Assembly (NCBI GenBank): GCA_013334825.1
Contig: JAAXWR010000003.1
Span: 101,167 to 165,166 of the forward strand
Source: Candidatus Yonathbacteria bacterium
GTDB taxonomy: Bacteria > Patescibacteriota > Minisyncoccia > Phycocordibacterales > JACNGX01
Direction: 5' to 3'
Length of the DNA: 64,000 nt
The notes under the pieces: generated by a model
The model's input: only the letters and a program-made list of their open reading frames with translations
Told to the model about the DNA's origin: nothing
Databases searched by the model: none
Made by a program: the position numbers and the translations under genes
Shown here: piece after piece, positions 18,687-27,201 of the stretch
How the letters are laid out: every line of letters begins with the position of its first letter
How positions within the stretch are numbered: position 1 is the first letter of the stretch

Positions 18687-20168
18687 CTAACTAACGCCAT
18701 ATTTTTTTCGTATTTGTTTGAGTTCTTTTTCTTCTTCCTCCTCTCTCTTTTCTTTTCCTTGCTCTCCCAGTATACGAAGTTCGTTGTCAGTAAGCCCGGT
18801 AAGTTCATGCGTACGTGCATCAAGATATAGTTCTGTATTTTTGTCTGGGTCATCGAGTACATCCTCCAGAAGCGCGTGAAGTATCCATCCCAGTCGCGGT
18901 CCCGCAGCTTCTTTGGTGAGTGTCATGATGCGATTGCCGTTGGTTTTGAGCATACCGACTGATACAGGTGCGCGCATGGCTTCTTCAACCATTGCCTCGT
19001 ATTTGCGGAGACGATACGGGCGCTCCTTTGGCCGACCCATGCCGATACGATCGCATGTGCGCAAATTCATAAGGTCACGCACCAGTTCAGGTCCGACATT
19101 GTGCACAATACGACGTACTGCCGAAAGTGTAATCTGTTCGATATCGGAAAAGAACATATGATAACGGACAAGCTTACGGACATTTTCTATCGTATCGCGT
19201 GGGTATTTAAGACATTCAAGGACATGTTTTGCTGTACGGGCACCCACAACTTCATGTCCGTAAAAGGTCGCATGTCCTTTAGAAGTATCATCTCGCCGTG
19301 TCGTCGGCTTTGCAACGTCGTGTAACAATGCAGCGAGACGGATATGAAGAGGAAATCCTTTATCTGCAGCATGTTGGAGTGTCCGCAAGCTATGTTCCCA
19401 CACCGGATAGATATGGTCTCCGTTCTGTGTAACGTTTATCCCCTCTTCGAGCTCAGGCATTATATGCTTTAGAAGCCCCGCGTCATGGGCTATTTGTATG
19501 CCAGCCATAGGTTGCGCGGACATAATCAACCGTGAAAACTCATCACGGATACGTTCCTTGGAAACATGAGAGAGAAGCTCTGCATGCTTCATGATAGCTT
19601 CTTGAGTTTTTGGAGCTATCGTGAAACCAAGTTCTGCTGACAATCGTATGGCACGAACCATGCGAAGTGCATCTTCAGTAAAACGCTCAGATGGGTCACC
19701 AACAGTAACGAGACGCATGTCCTTTATGTCCTTTTGTCCGTTATAAAGGTCAATCAAATGTCCTTTAGACGGATCATAAGCAATGGCATTGACCGTGAAG
19801 TCACGACGTTTCAAGTCATCTTCCAAATGTTCACTAAAGTGTACTTCATCCGGACGACGTTTGTCCGAGTACGTACCTTCAAGGCGATACGGCGTTACTT
19901 CAACGACACGAAGCGTTTGATCGTCTGTTTCATTCACTACACCGACGGTACCATATTCATTTTCATAAAATGTTTCAGTAAAGAGTGATTGAATGATATC
20001 GGGCGTGGCGTTCGTGGTAATGTCCCAGTCTTTTGGTTGTGCGCCACGAATAAGATCACGCACACATCCACCGACGAGGTAGGCCTCATGGCCAGCCTTT
20101 TGGAGCGTTTCGGTTACTATAAGAATCTCTTTAGGGATGGGGTAGCGTTTCGTCATGCTGTTAATCAT
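18687..20168 (-). CDS. cca: CCA tRNA nucleotidyltransferase with HD domain
   Basis: LVGGCVRD, DWDITT, DLKRRDFTVNA, EDALRMVRA, LLHDVAKP. Confidence 0.93.
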   Translation of the reverse strand: MINSMTKRYPIPKEILIVTETLQKAGHEAYLVGGCVRDLIRGAQPKDWDITTNATPDIIQSLFTETFYENEYGTVGVVNETDDQTLRVVEVTPYRLEGTYSDKRRPDEVHFSEHLEDDLKRRDFTVNAIAYDPSKGHLIDLYNGQKDIKDMRLVTVGDPSERFTEDALRMVRAIRLSAELGFTIAPKTQEAIMKHAELLSHVSKERIRDEFSRLIMSAQPMAGIQIAHDAGLLKHIMPELEEGINVTQNGDHIYPVWEHSLRTLQHAADKGFPLHIRLAALLHDVAKPTTRRDDTSKGHATFYGHEVVGARTAKHVLECLKYPRDTIENVRKLVRYHMFFSDIEQITLSAVRRIVHNVGPELVRDLMNLRTCDRIGMGRPKERPYRLRKYEAMVEEAMRAPVSVGMLKTNGNRIMTLTKEAAGPRLGWILHALLEDVLDDPDKNTELYLDARTHELTGLTDNELRILGEQGKEKREEEEEKELKQIRKKYGVS

Positions 20169-20206
20169 ACGTCTTTTTTCCTTTTATGTCAGGATGTATT
20201 GGTGCA

Positions 20207-20803
20207 TTATTCTGTAATGACATTAGTATTGAGAAATTCATTTTTTAAAAAATCTGTAAAATCGGACATTTCTTTTCGATATAGTGTTAGTTTTTCATGT
20301 TGTTCTTCTTGAGAGAGAAGAGGTATTATTGTGGCGCCGAAACTCTGAACGCGGAAACTACCGAATGCTCCTATACGATCAAAAGTGAGACGTGCATCGA
20401 AAGGTGTCTCTCTTTGTGAATAAAACACTGACAACAGATTAGTCATGTTCTGCCGTTGTTGTAGATTTTCAATCGTCCACTGGTGTTCTAACTCTTTTCG
20501 CATACCTCCCTCTGAATCATCAAAATGCTCAGGTTCCGGAGCACAGATTTCTACCCAAGGAAATAGTTCACCCTGTGTTCCATCAGTTTCTTCATGTCCC
20601 TCACAGGATTGGCTTGTGGTAAATTCATATGCACGAAAGGCGGTTACTGTGTCTTTGATTCCCGCTTCAACACCAAAACCGAGACGGTCAGTTATCAGTT
20701 GTACCTCGGCTTGAACAGTATCCCATTGGGATTTCCTTTTGTTATTCATAGTGTCGCTTTCGTCTATCGAAGCATGAGATGTTGATGATTCTATGTGAGT
20801 CAT
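20207..20803 (-). CDS. Hypothetical protein
   Basis: 198-aa ORF with TSQSCEGH motif. Confidence 0.7.
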   Translation of the reverse strand: MTHIESSTSHASIDESDTMNNKRKSQWDTVQAEVQLITDRLGFGVEAGIKDTVTAFRAYEFTTSQSCEGHEETDGTQGELFPWVEICAPEPEHFDDSEGGMRKELEHQWTIENLQQRQNMTNLLSVFYSQRETPFDARLTFDRIGAFGSFRVQSFGATIIPLLSQEEQHEKLTLYRKEMSDFTDFLKNEFLNTNVITE

Positions 20804-20959
20804 AATGATATGTTTGATGATATGAGGTGGCTATTAGGATTCGAATACTATCTTCTAGAGCAGTAGACTTGTATGGTTATGATTATTAACATAATGCTAC
20901 GTTAAAAATCTAACACCCGCAACCCTATTTTACTGAAACCTAATTATGACAAGTGAAGT

Positions 20960-21386
20960 GGACGCGAAGCAAGCAGTTGCTTCGCTGTAGGGGCACCCAG
21001 CCCTACTTTCATGAGAGAGTCAGAATGTAAAATAATTTAAATACACAGAATAACCATAGGCAATCACACATACATACTATATGAAAATAGAGCTGGGTGC
21101 CCCTACCAGGAACACTCACTGCTCCCCAGCCCTAATTTCATCACGGGCAATCGTACATGTAACAACCGTATACACTGGCAAAAAATTATACATGTATATG
21201 CGTAATACATGAAAGTAGAGCTGGGTGTGCTCGCGAAACCCACGGTTTCGCGGACATCCTCCACGGGGAACCAGCAGGTTCCCCGACCCCCTCCGCGTTC
21301 GAATCCTGGTAGGGGCACAGTTTCCACAGCGCTTGCACTGTGACACAAAACACCACTTCTTTTTAAAGTGGTGTTTTGTGAAACTG
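20960..21386 (-). repeat. tRNA-3'-end-anchored hairpin/repeat array downstream of tRNA-Arg(TCG)
   Basis: Inverted copies of tRNA end at 21297-21317 and 20987-20995, direct copy at 21098-21111, two CCAGC(C/T)CTAC/TTTCAT inverted-repeat cassettes. Confidence 0.85.
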
Positions 21387-21458
21387 TGCCCCTACCAGGA
21401 TTCGAACCCAGAACGACGGTTCCGAAGACCGGCGTGATATCCATTTCACCATAGGGGC
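21387..21458 (-). tRNA. tRNA-Arg(TCG)
   Basis: GCCCCTA acceptor stem, anticodon loop CTTCGGA, T-loop TTCGAAT; no encoded CCA. Confidence 0.92.
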
Positions 21459-21515
21459 AATGGTTTCATCATACATGGAGCAACGAGAAAAAGCAAAATA
21501 ACCGCCTTTTGGCGG

Positions 21516-21980
21516 TTATGAGTCTTTGATTAACAGAAGATATGAATGACAATCTGTTTTTCGCAATATGAATTCGGATTCTTCTTGTTGTAGCTTATCT
21601 CCGAATGACATATTGCGTATATACCCTACTTCTCTTTTCCACCAGAGGTATACACCGTTGTCATGTTCATGATATCCAAGTGTCATGGAAGTGAAATCAT
21701 ACAGGATCCCCCCTATGATACAGTAGGATTTTTTTGGCTGTTGTGCAGCGCAAGAGCATCGCACAATTTTTGAAAACATTTGGTGTTCGAGAAAGATTTG
21801 CATCTCCGTATGGTTGGCAATACGCCATCCAGACATTGGAGAAACAGCATCGATGATAATAGTCCCCACGGGGATACGATAGAGCATTGCCACACGATCA
21901 GGAATACCAAGTGCTTCGTTGCCGAGAAGAAACGGTGTTCGAGGGACTATCTCTGGAATGTTCGGACGTGTTATAAACAT
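21516..21980 (-). CDS. Hypothetical protein
   Basis: 154-aa ORF, AAGG SD, downstream terminator. Confidence 0.65.
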   Translation of the reverse strand: MFITRPNIPEIVPRTPFLLGNEALGIPDRVAMLYRIPVGTIIIDAVSPMSGWRIANHTEMQIFLEHQMFSKIVRCSCAAQQPKKSYCIIGGILYDFTSMTLGYHEHDNGVYLWWKREVGYIRNMSFGDKLQQEESEFILRKTDCHSYLLLIKDS

Positions 21981-22061
21981 ACCTTCTTATTTTTTATATA
22001 GATTGTGAAAAAAGAACTTGAGATGTTGTATCACAAAAAGGGGAAAAACAAAACCCCGGGA

Positions 22062-22427
22062 CTATGCCCGGGATGGTACACGCTTTCGCATTGTCAGTAT
22101 GACGGGATGGAGATGTACAGGGTCACGAATGACCAGCACATTCTTGCCCGCGGGAGATTGTATTGTGAGCATCTCCCCACTCTCCGAGAGATAAATCCAC
22201 TCCCTTGATTTTTTTCTCGCGCAAACACACGTGTGTCCCGTGAGCTTGAAATAGTTCTCAAGGTGTTCACGTCTGGCGATGTGCCAGTGCTTCGTGTAGA
22301 CTCCCTTCCATGTTTTTTCTTTTTCAGAATCGGGAAGAGTGACATTCCCGTTTCTGTCAGCACGACATGTTGTGAAAGGGTATCCCCCTTCCAAACATTG
22401 TCTTGACTCATCCGCGTTTGTTCCCAT
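22062..22427 (-). CDS. Hypothetical protein (start MGTNAD)
   Basis: GAGGAG SD before ATG at 22427; the longer called ORF would overlap tRNA-Gly. Confidence 0.65.
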   Translation of the reverse strand: MGTNADESRQCLEGGYPFTTCRADRNGNVTLPDSEKEKTWKGVYTKHWHIARREHLENYFKLTGHTCVCARKKSREWIYLSESGEMLTIQSPAGKNVLVIRDPVHLHPVILTMRKRVPSRA

Positions 22428-22553
22428 GAGGATCTCCTCTGAGTTAAATGAAGTTTTTCTTAAAGTACTGCTCTTATCCTTATACCACCATTTCAAAGAA
22501 TTGCAAACTTTTTGTTTTTGTGTACAATGTTGAGTACGGTTGAAATGAAATAC

Positions 22554-22627
22554 GCGGGTATAGTTTAGTGGTAGAACGCGACCTTGCCATGGTTGAGACG
22601 GGAGTTCGATTCTCCCTACCCGCACCA
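22554..22627 (+). tRNA. tRNA-Gly(GCC)
   Basis: GCGGGTA acceptor, loop TTGCCAT, GGTTCGATTC-type T arm, encoded CCA. Confidence 0.95.
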
Positions 22628-23180
22628 TACAGCAAAAAGGAGACGGTTTGTCCGTCTCCTTTTTGCTGTATTATGGTGCGAGGTAGAGAAAGTGCATTTA
22701 TGCACTTTCATGGAGAATCGAAGCGCCGGAATATATCCTGCGCTTGCGCAGGATTTGAGGCGCCGTCCAAGAGTACTTAGCGAAATACAAGCTTTAGCGC
22801 AGTATTTCGGTTAGTAACTCTGGGACGATTCTCCCCCAGCCCTACTTTCATAAAAAACGCATGTACAGTACGTGCGTTTTTTATGTGATTATCAGATATA
22901 TATTTTGGGGGTGTTTCATGAAAGTAGGGCTGGGTGCGGGTAGAGCGATGCAACTGCTTGCATCGCGCTTGCCTCGCCGAAACCTGTCTTTTGGAAAGGT
23001 GAAGGCGGGTGGAGAATCGAACCGAGCACCACTTTTGCAATGGCAAAAGTGGTGCTCGGGAAGCGAATTAGTAACCGCGGGACGATTCTCCCACAAAAAC
23101 GAACCGACCTTATGGGGCGGCTTTCGCTTTGCGCTGTGTGGGTAGAGCGATGCAACCGAAACGGGCGAACAATCGAACTT
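22628..23180 (+). repeat. tRNA-3'-end-anchored hairpin/repeat array downstream of tRNA-Gly(GCC)
   Basis: Repeated TGCG(A)GGTAG..GGAGAATCGAA (inverted) and CGATTCTCCC (direct) tRNA fragments; 22835-23018 nearly identical to 33836-34019. Confidence 0.85.
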
Positions 23181-23269
23181 GATTTATCTTAAAAAAGATA
23201 TATACTCTGCATATATCCATACGAAAAGGGGTCCGAAAGGTGTTGGTGCCTAAGGACCCCTTTTCTTTT

Positions 23270-23779
23270 TTAAAGAAATTCAATCTTTTTTCGCACATCA
23301 TTGTTTTCCAGATAATCAAAATATTCCGACCCGAGTTTTTTGTATAGGGATGACGCGAATTCCTTATTTGGAAAGAGTATTTTCTCAAACAAATTTCTTC
23401 TGACCAGATAATCAACGACTTTCTTATAATCTCCGTCTCCCGACACCAAGAGTATTTTTGATAATTCTTTATTTTCTGCGACCTGTTTCATTATTTCAAA
23501 TACAATATCAGTGTCTACATTCCCTTTTTTCTTTGCGAGGAGTAATGAATTATGTTCTTTAAAGATGACGATAAAACCTGCTTTCTGAAGATTGTTGTAT
23601 AAATCTTGTTCTTTTTCAGAAACGTATCCGATAAAATAATATGCTTCTTGAACAGCGTATTTGTCACGAAGATACACACGGAATTTTTTAAAATCGACTT
23701 TCCATCCATTTCGTGTTGTTCCGAGATGTAGATTTTGCCCATCAATGAACGCGATATTATATTTTCTCAGGGAAGTCAT
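23270..23779 (-). CDS. NYN domain PIN-like nuclease
   Basis: AFIDGQNL, KKGNVDTD, LVSGDGDY. Confidence 0.92.
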   Translation of the reverse strand: MTSLRKYNIAFIDGQNLHLGTTRNGWKVDFKKFRVYLRDKYAVQEAYYFIGYVSEKEQDLYNNLQKAGFIVIFKEHNSLLLAKKKGNVDTDIVFEIMKQVAENKELSKILLVSGDGDYKKVVDYLVRRNLFEKILFPNKEFASSLYKKLGSEYFDYLENNDVRKKIEFL

Positions 23780-23830
23780 GTATATATCATAGCAAAAATA
23801 ACTCACAAAACAAAAAAGCCCCCGTAGGGG

Positions 23831-24052
23831 CTAGGGTAAAAAGAGCTTCGCGAGATACCCGAGAGTGTCAATGTGGAAATATCTGTAGAGGTCCACAATA
23901 ATTTCCAAGACAATCGCAGTACCTAGCATGCTCCACAGTATAGATGGACACGTATGCATCGCGTGCATGTACCTGTTCCATAAAGATATGGGTTTGCTGT
24001 CAATGATTTCAACATCACCGACATTCCCCGCGTCTCCAGTAATTTTTTTCAT
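23831..24052 (-). CDS. Small membrane protein
   Basis: GAGGA SD, hydrophobic C-terminal half. Confidence 0.55.
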   Translation of the reverse strand: MKKITGDAGNVGDVEIIDSKPISLWNRYMHAMHTCPSILWSMLGTAIVLEIIVDLYRYFHIDTLGYLAKLFLP

Positions 24053-24165
24053 TTTTTTCCTCTTACTTTTTATTATTATATTTCAAAAAAGAACCATCCT
24101 AGAATACATGATAATCATCACATCCTCAAGGATAGAGCCGACGCCTGAATGCACGTCGGCAATAG

Positions 24166-24615
24166 TTAAAAGAAAACCTTTTTCTCCGATCCAGGAAAGG
24201 GATATAGAGAGATACTGGGACGTTGTGCGTCAAAAGGAATTGTTAAATCCTTCGACACACATTCAGGAATCTCAATAAATACCTTCCAAAGACCTTTGAG
24301 AAGCCATTTTGAACATGGCTCAAGGATGATTGCGACATCCCCACTCTTTCCCTTGTAAAGAGAAAGTTTCTCAAAGAATCTTTCCACGGCGATGTCTTCG
24401 GCAGCATCATTAACGGTGATGTTCATCATGTCGATGAAACTTTCCAAGGACTCCATCGCTTCCGAGGAAATGAGAAAAAGCTTTTTCTTTCCATGTATTC
24501 TCTCATGATTTCCGAGAAATACACGAGGCATATTATCAAGACACAATGTGTACTGATTTCTGCCACTCCCGCTTTTTTCGAGAAGTTGTGCGTCTTCAGC
24601 AATCATTTTTGCCAT
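24166..24615 (-). CDS. Hypothetical protein
   Basis: 149-aa ORF with GGAG SD. Confidence 0.65.
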   Translation of the reverse strand: MAKMIAEDAQLLEKSGSGRNQYTLCLDNMPRVFLGNHERIHGKKKLFLISSEAMESLESFIDMMNITVNDAAEDIAVERFFEKLSLYKGKSGDVAIILEPCSKWLLKGLWKVFIEIPECVSKDLTIPFDAQRPSISLYPFPGSEKKVFF

Positions 24616-24689
24616 ATTATTTTCTCCAATTTATTGAATGAAAAGAACAATCCACATTCAAATGCACGTTTTATAAACCTGCTCTTGAA

Positions 24690-25396
24690 TATGGAGCCGA
24701 CGAAGTGTCGGCTCAAATGATGACCAATAACAGGGACCGCATAGTTCACACTACGGTCTACGACACATAAGGTACGTTACTTTCAGACTCCATGGTCCGC
24801 AGTTCGTTTCCACCGTGTCGCATTTGCTCTGTTACGGGTGTTAGTATTCGGCTGGTGTATAAAAAATGTTGCGATCATTCTTTATACAAAATCCTGCGCC
24901 GATACCCTGTAATGGGAGATTGTAATCTCCTTGTTCGCTTAAAAGATGAGGATTTCTCGGAAGACGTCTAGTGTGGACGCTTCCCCGGTCATTAAAACAT
25001 GAGCTTCAGGCCCACATCCTAATGACACCAACACCAGCACGAACCATCACCCCCTCTAGCAACGAGGGGCAGATACCAATAAGTTGGCATCTGAAAGGGA
25101 GATTGTTTATGAGCCAAAAGTTTGGCCAATAAACGCAGATTATTGGGGGAAGGCATCAAAACAAGCCTAACCCTGACAACAATCCATCAACCCTTAAAAG
25201 AATTTGAAAAGATCATTTCCATTTCGTCCTTTAGGACTCATCGGCACGGATACACATCCATGGATGGAAACGGAAACAAAGGTGTTTCCGGCGGTTTTTA
25301 GCAAGGCCTGCCACCTTGTCGATTCGCTTCGGACGAATCTCCTTCATCCCTCATACAAAGGGTTCTGTTGCCAACGGGTGAAGTCGCCCGTCCGGA
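24690..25396 (-). ncRNA. Candidate large structured noncoding RNA
   Basis: ~700 bp without a credible ORF and with more than ten local inverted repeats; strand inferred from flanking genes and the embedded hammerhead. Confidence 0.5.
25216..25270 (-). ncRNA. Type III hammerhead ribozyme (U4C core variant)
   Basis: Minus strand reads UUUCCAU-C-CAUGGAU-GUGU-AUCCGUG-CCGAUGA-GUCC-UAAA-GGAC-GAA-AUGGAAA; all three stems pair and the AUC cleavage triplet is in place. Confidence 0.85.
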
Positions 25397-25792
25397 TCAG
25401 CATAAGAATATCGGTACTTTTCGGAGCGTTCCATCGCGATATAGAACTGTGCGTCCCCTTGTATGGTTTGCACATTCAACATCAACGATGAAATCACCGT
25501 CCTCATCCTTATTCACCGTAATCATATCAACATAGTAGTCCTCAACCAAGTCACCTTCTTCAGGTTCACCCTCGATAATGACAAACTCCCAGTTGATATA
25601 CTTTTCGGTGTATTTGACGAGGCATACAGATATTCCGTCGGAGTCATTCGCTGTAAAAGCGAAGAGCCCGGCGTGATCCCGCGAAAGAAAAAGAGAGCCC
25701 TCGCAATATGCAGAAACAAGGTTTGTTTCTTGCAAAACGCGGTTCATCGTAATCTTCGCGAATACTTCCAGAAATAAAGTTGAATTACTCAT
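25397..25792 (-). CDS. Hypothetical acidic beta-rich protein
   Basis: 131-aa ORF with strong AAGGAG SD. Confidence 0.7.
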   Translation of the reverse strand: MSNSTLFLEVFAKITMNRVLQETNLVSAYCEGSLFLSRDHAGLFAFTANDSDGISVCLVKYTEKYINWEFVIIEGEPEEGDLVEDYYVDMITVNKDEDGDFIVDVECANHTRGRTVLYRDGTLRKVPIFLC

Positions 25793-25900
25793 AGTATATT
25801 CTCCTTGGAATAGAGTGAATGAATGAAATTGAACTTAATTTCTGTCGCAAGTATATCCCGAAATCATTGACACATCAAAAAATATGTCATATTTTGCTAG

Positions 25901-25923
25901 TTTGTAAAAAAATACTTTACAAA
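25901..25923. promoter_or_regulatory. Palindromic operator candidate
   Basis: TTTGTAAA-AAAATAC-TTTACAAA; AAAATACTTTACAA recurs at ~26171-26184 over the regulator's promoter. Confidence 0.5.
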
Positions 25924-26214
25924 CCTGCAATTTGAAAAGAACTCCGAACGATAGTCCGGTATTGAAACCGTATCCAAATGTCCAAAGATACGACCTCAAT
26001 ACCAGATCCGACAACCTGTCGGCGACAACTTTTTGTTTTTCACCTCACTTCCCTGCTCCAACGTTCTGTGCATATCATAGCGCACAATTGACTTATTGTC
26101 AAACAGTGTGTTACAGAATATGTCTATACGCGCAAAAAACACATTGAAAATAAAGGCTAAAACCTGTCGGAAAATACTTTACAACAATGACTCTTTTTGT
26201 TATGATATGCATAT

Positions 26215-26976
26215 ATGGTCAAAGATACATTGAAACAAATTGGTCTTTCTGACAAAGAAACAGAGGTGTATTTGTGTGTACTAGAACACACCACCATCAC
26301 CCCCACTCTCATATCAAAAAAGACGGGGATAAGTCGTCCGACGGTATATGCGGCAGGAAAAGCGTTGCAAAATAAGGGTTTTATTGCCGAAGAACCGTCT
26401 TCTGCGGGGATACGTTTTATCGCTCTCCCCCCGCGGGTTATCGTTTCGGACTTAGAAAAACGTCAAGATGCACTGGATATGCAATTTGCCCTTGCGGGAT
26501 CTTTGATTGAAGAATTGAACCTTCTCCCTAAATCACAGGGATACTCAATACCAAAAGTGCAATTTATTGATGACGTACACTTTCTTGAATATGCGTTTAA
26601 AAAGTCAGATGAATGGGATAAAAGTGCTCTTTCACGAGACGCTACATGGTGGGGCATTCAGGACAGTACTCTTGTGGAAAATATGAATGATTGGCTTGTA
26701 TGGTATTGGAAAAGAGCGGATAAGAAGATTCGGACAAAAATCGTGACAAATGAACAAGAAGAAGGATATTCATTTAAAGGACAAGAAAATCCACGCCGAG
26801 AAATGCGCTATTGGCGCGCGGGTGAACATATTCGTGCAACAAACTTGGTTATTGGAGACTATATCCTCATCGTCAATACCTATAAACGGCCATACTCAAT
26901 TTTCGAAATATATGATGCGGTAACCGCAGAAGGTTTACGACAAGTGTTCAAAGGCATCTGGAATGATTTGGGTTAA
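26215..26976 (+). CDS. TrmB-family HTH transcriptional regulator
   Basis: LKQIGLSDKETEVYL..ISKKTGISRPTVY..LQNKGFI plus C-terminal effector-like domain. Confidence 0.88.
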   Translation: MVKDTLKQIGLSDKETEVYLCVLEHTTITPTLISKKTGISRPTVYAAGKALQNKGFIAEEPSSAGIRFIALPPRVIVSDLEKRQDALDMQFALAGSLIEELNLLPKSQGYSIPKVQFIDDVHFLEYAFKKSDEWDKSALSRDATWWGIQDSTLVENMNDWLVWYWKRADKKIRTKIVTNEQEEGYSFKGQENPRREMRYWRAGEHIRATNLVIGDYILIVNTYKRPYSIFEIYDAVTAEGLRQVFKGIWNDLG

Positions 26977-27201
26977 TATTCATGTATAAAGGACATGGGA
27001 ATTGTGGAAACATTGTTGAGATATAAGGATATTTTTGTAGAAAACTGTGGATAAGTTAGTGGATATGTGTATAAAAGACATGAAAAAATATACGTCCTTT
27101 AGAAAAAAGACGGAAAGAGACAAGGTGTTCTACGTTGTTATATAAGGATATTTGACCGTTTTAAGATTATTATGGTGTTGTTTCGGTAACTTTTTGTAAA
27201 T

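Noticed and set aside
21103-21444. ORFs over tRNAs and their arrays (also 22568-23155, 28337-28923, 33754-34053, 44984-45286)
   Set aside because: They overlap tRNA genes and palindromic repeats; their mutual similarity comes from the DNA repeats
20960-23180. CRISPR array interpretation of the tRNA-downstream repeats
   Set aside because: Repeats alternate in orientation, match tRNA ends, have irregular spacing and shared rather than unique spacers; no cas genes in the window
24690-25396. RNase P RNA, tmRNA or group I/II intron
   Set aside because: I could not find GAGGAAAGTCC, tRNA-like tmRNA ends or intron core motifs on either strand by eye
25204-25491. 95-aa plus-strand ORF across the hammerhead
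   Set aside because: TTG start without SD, overlaps the opposite-strand gene, no recognisable protein features
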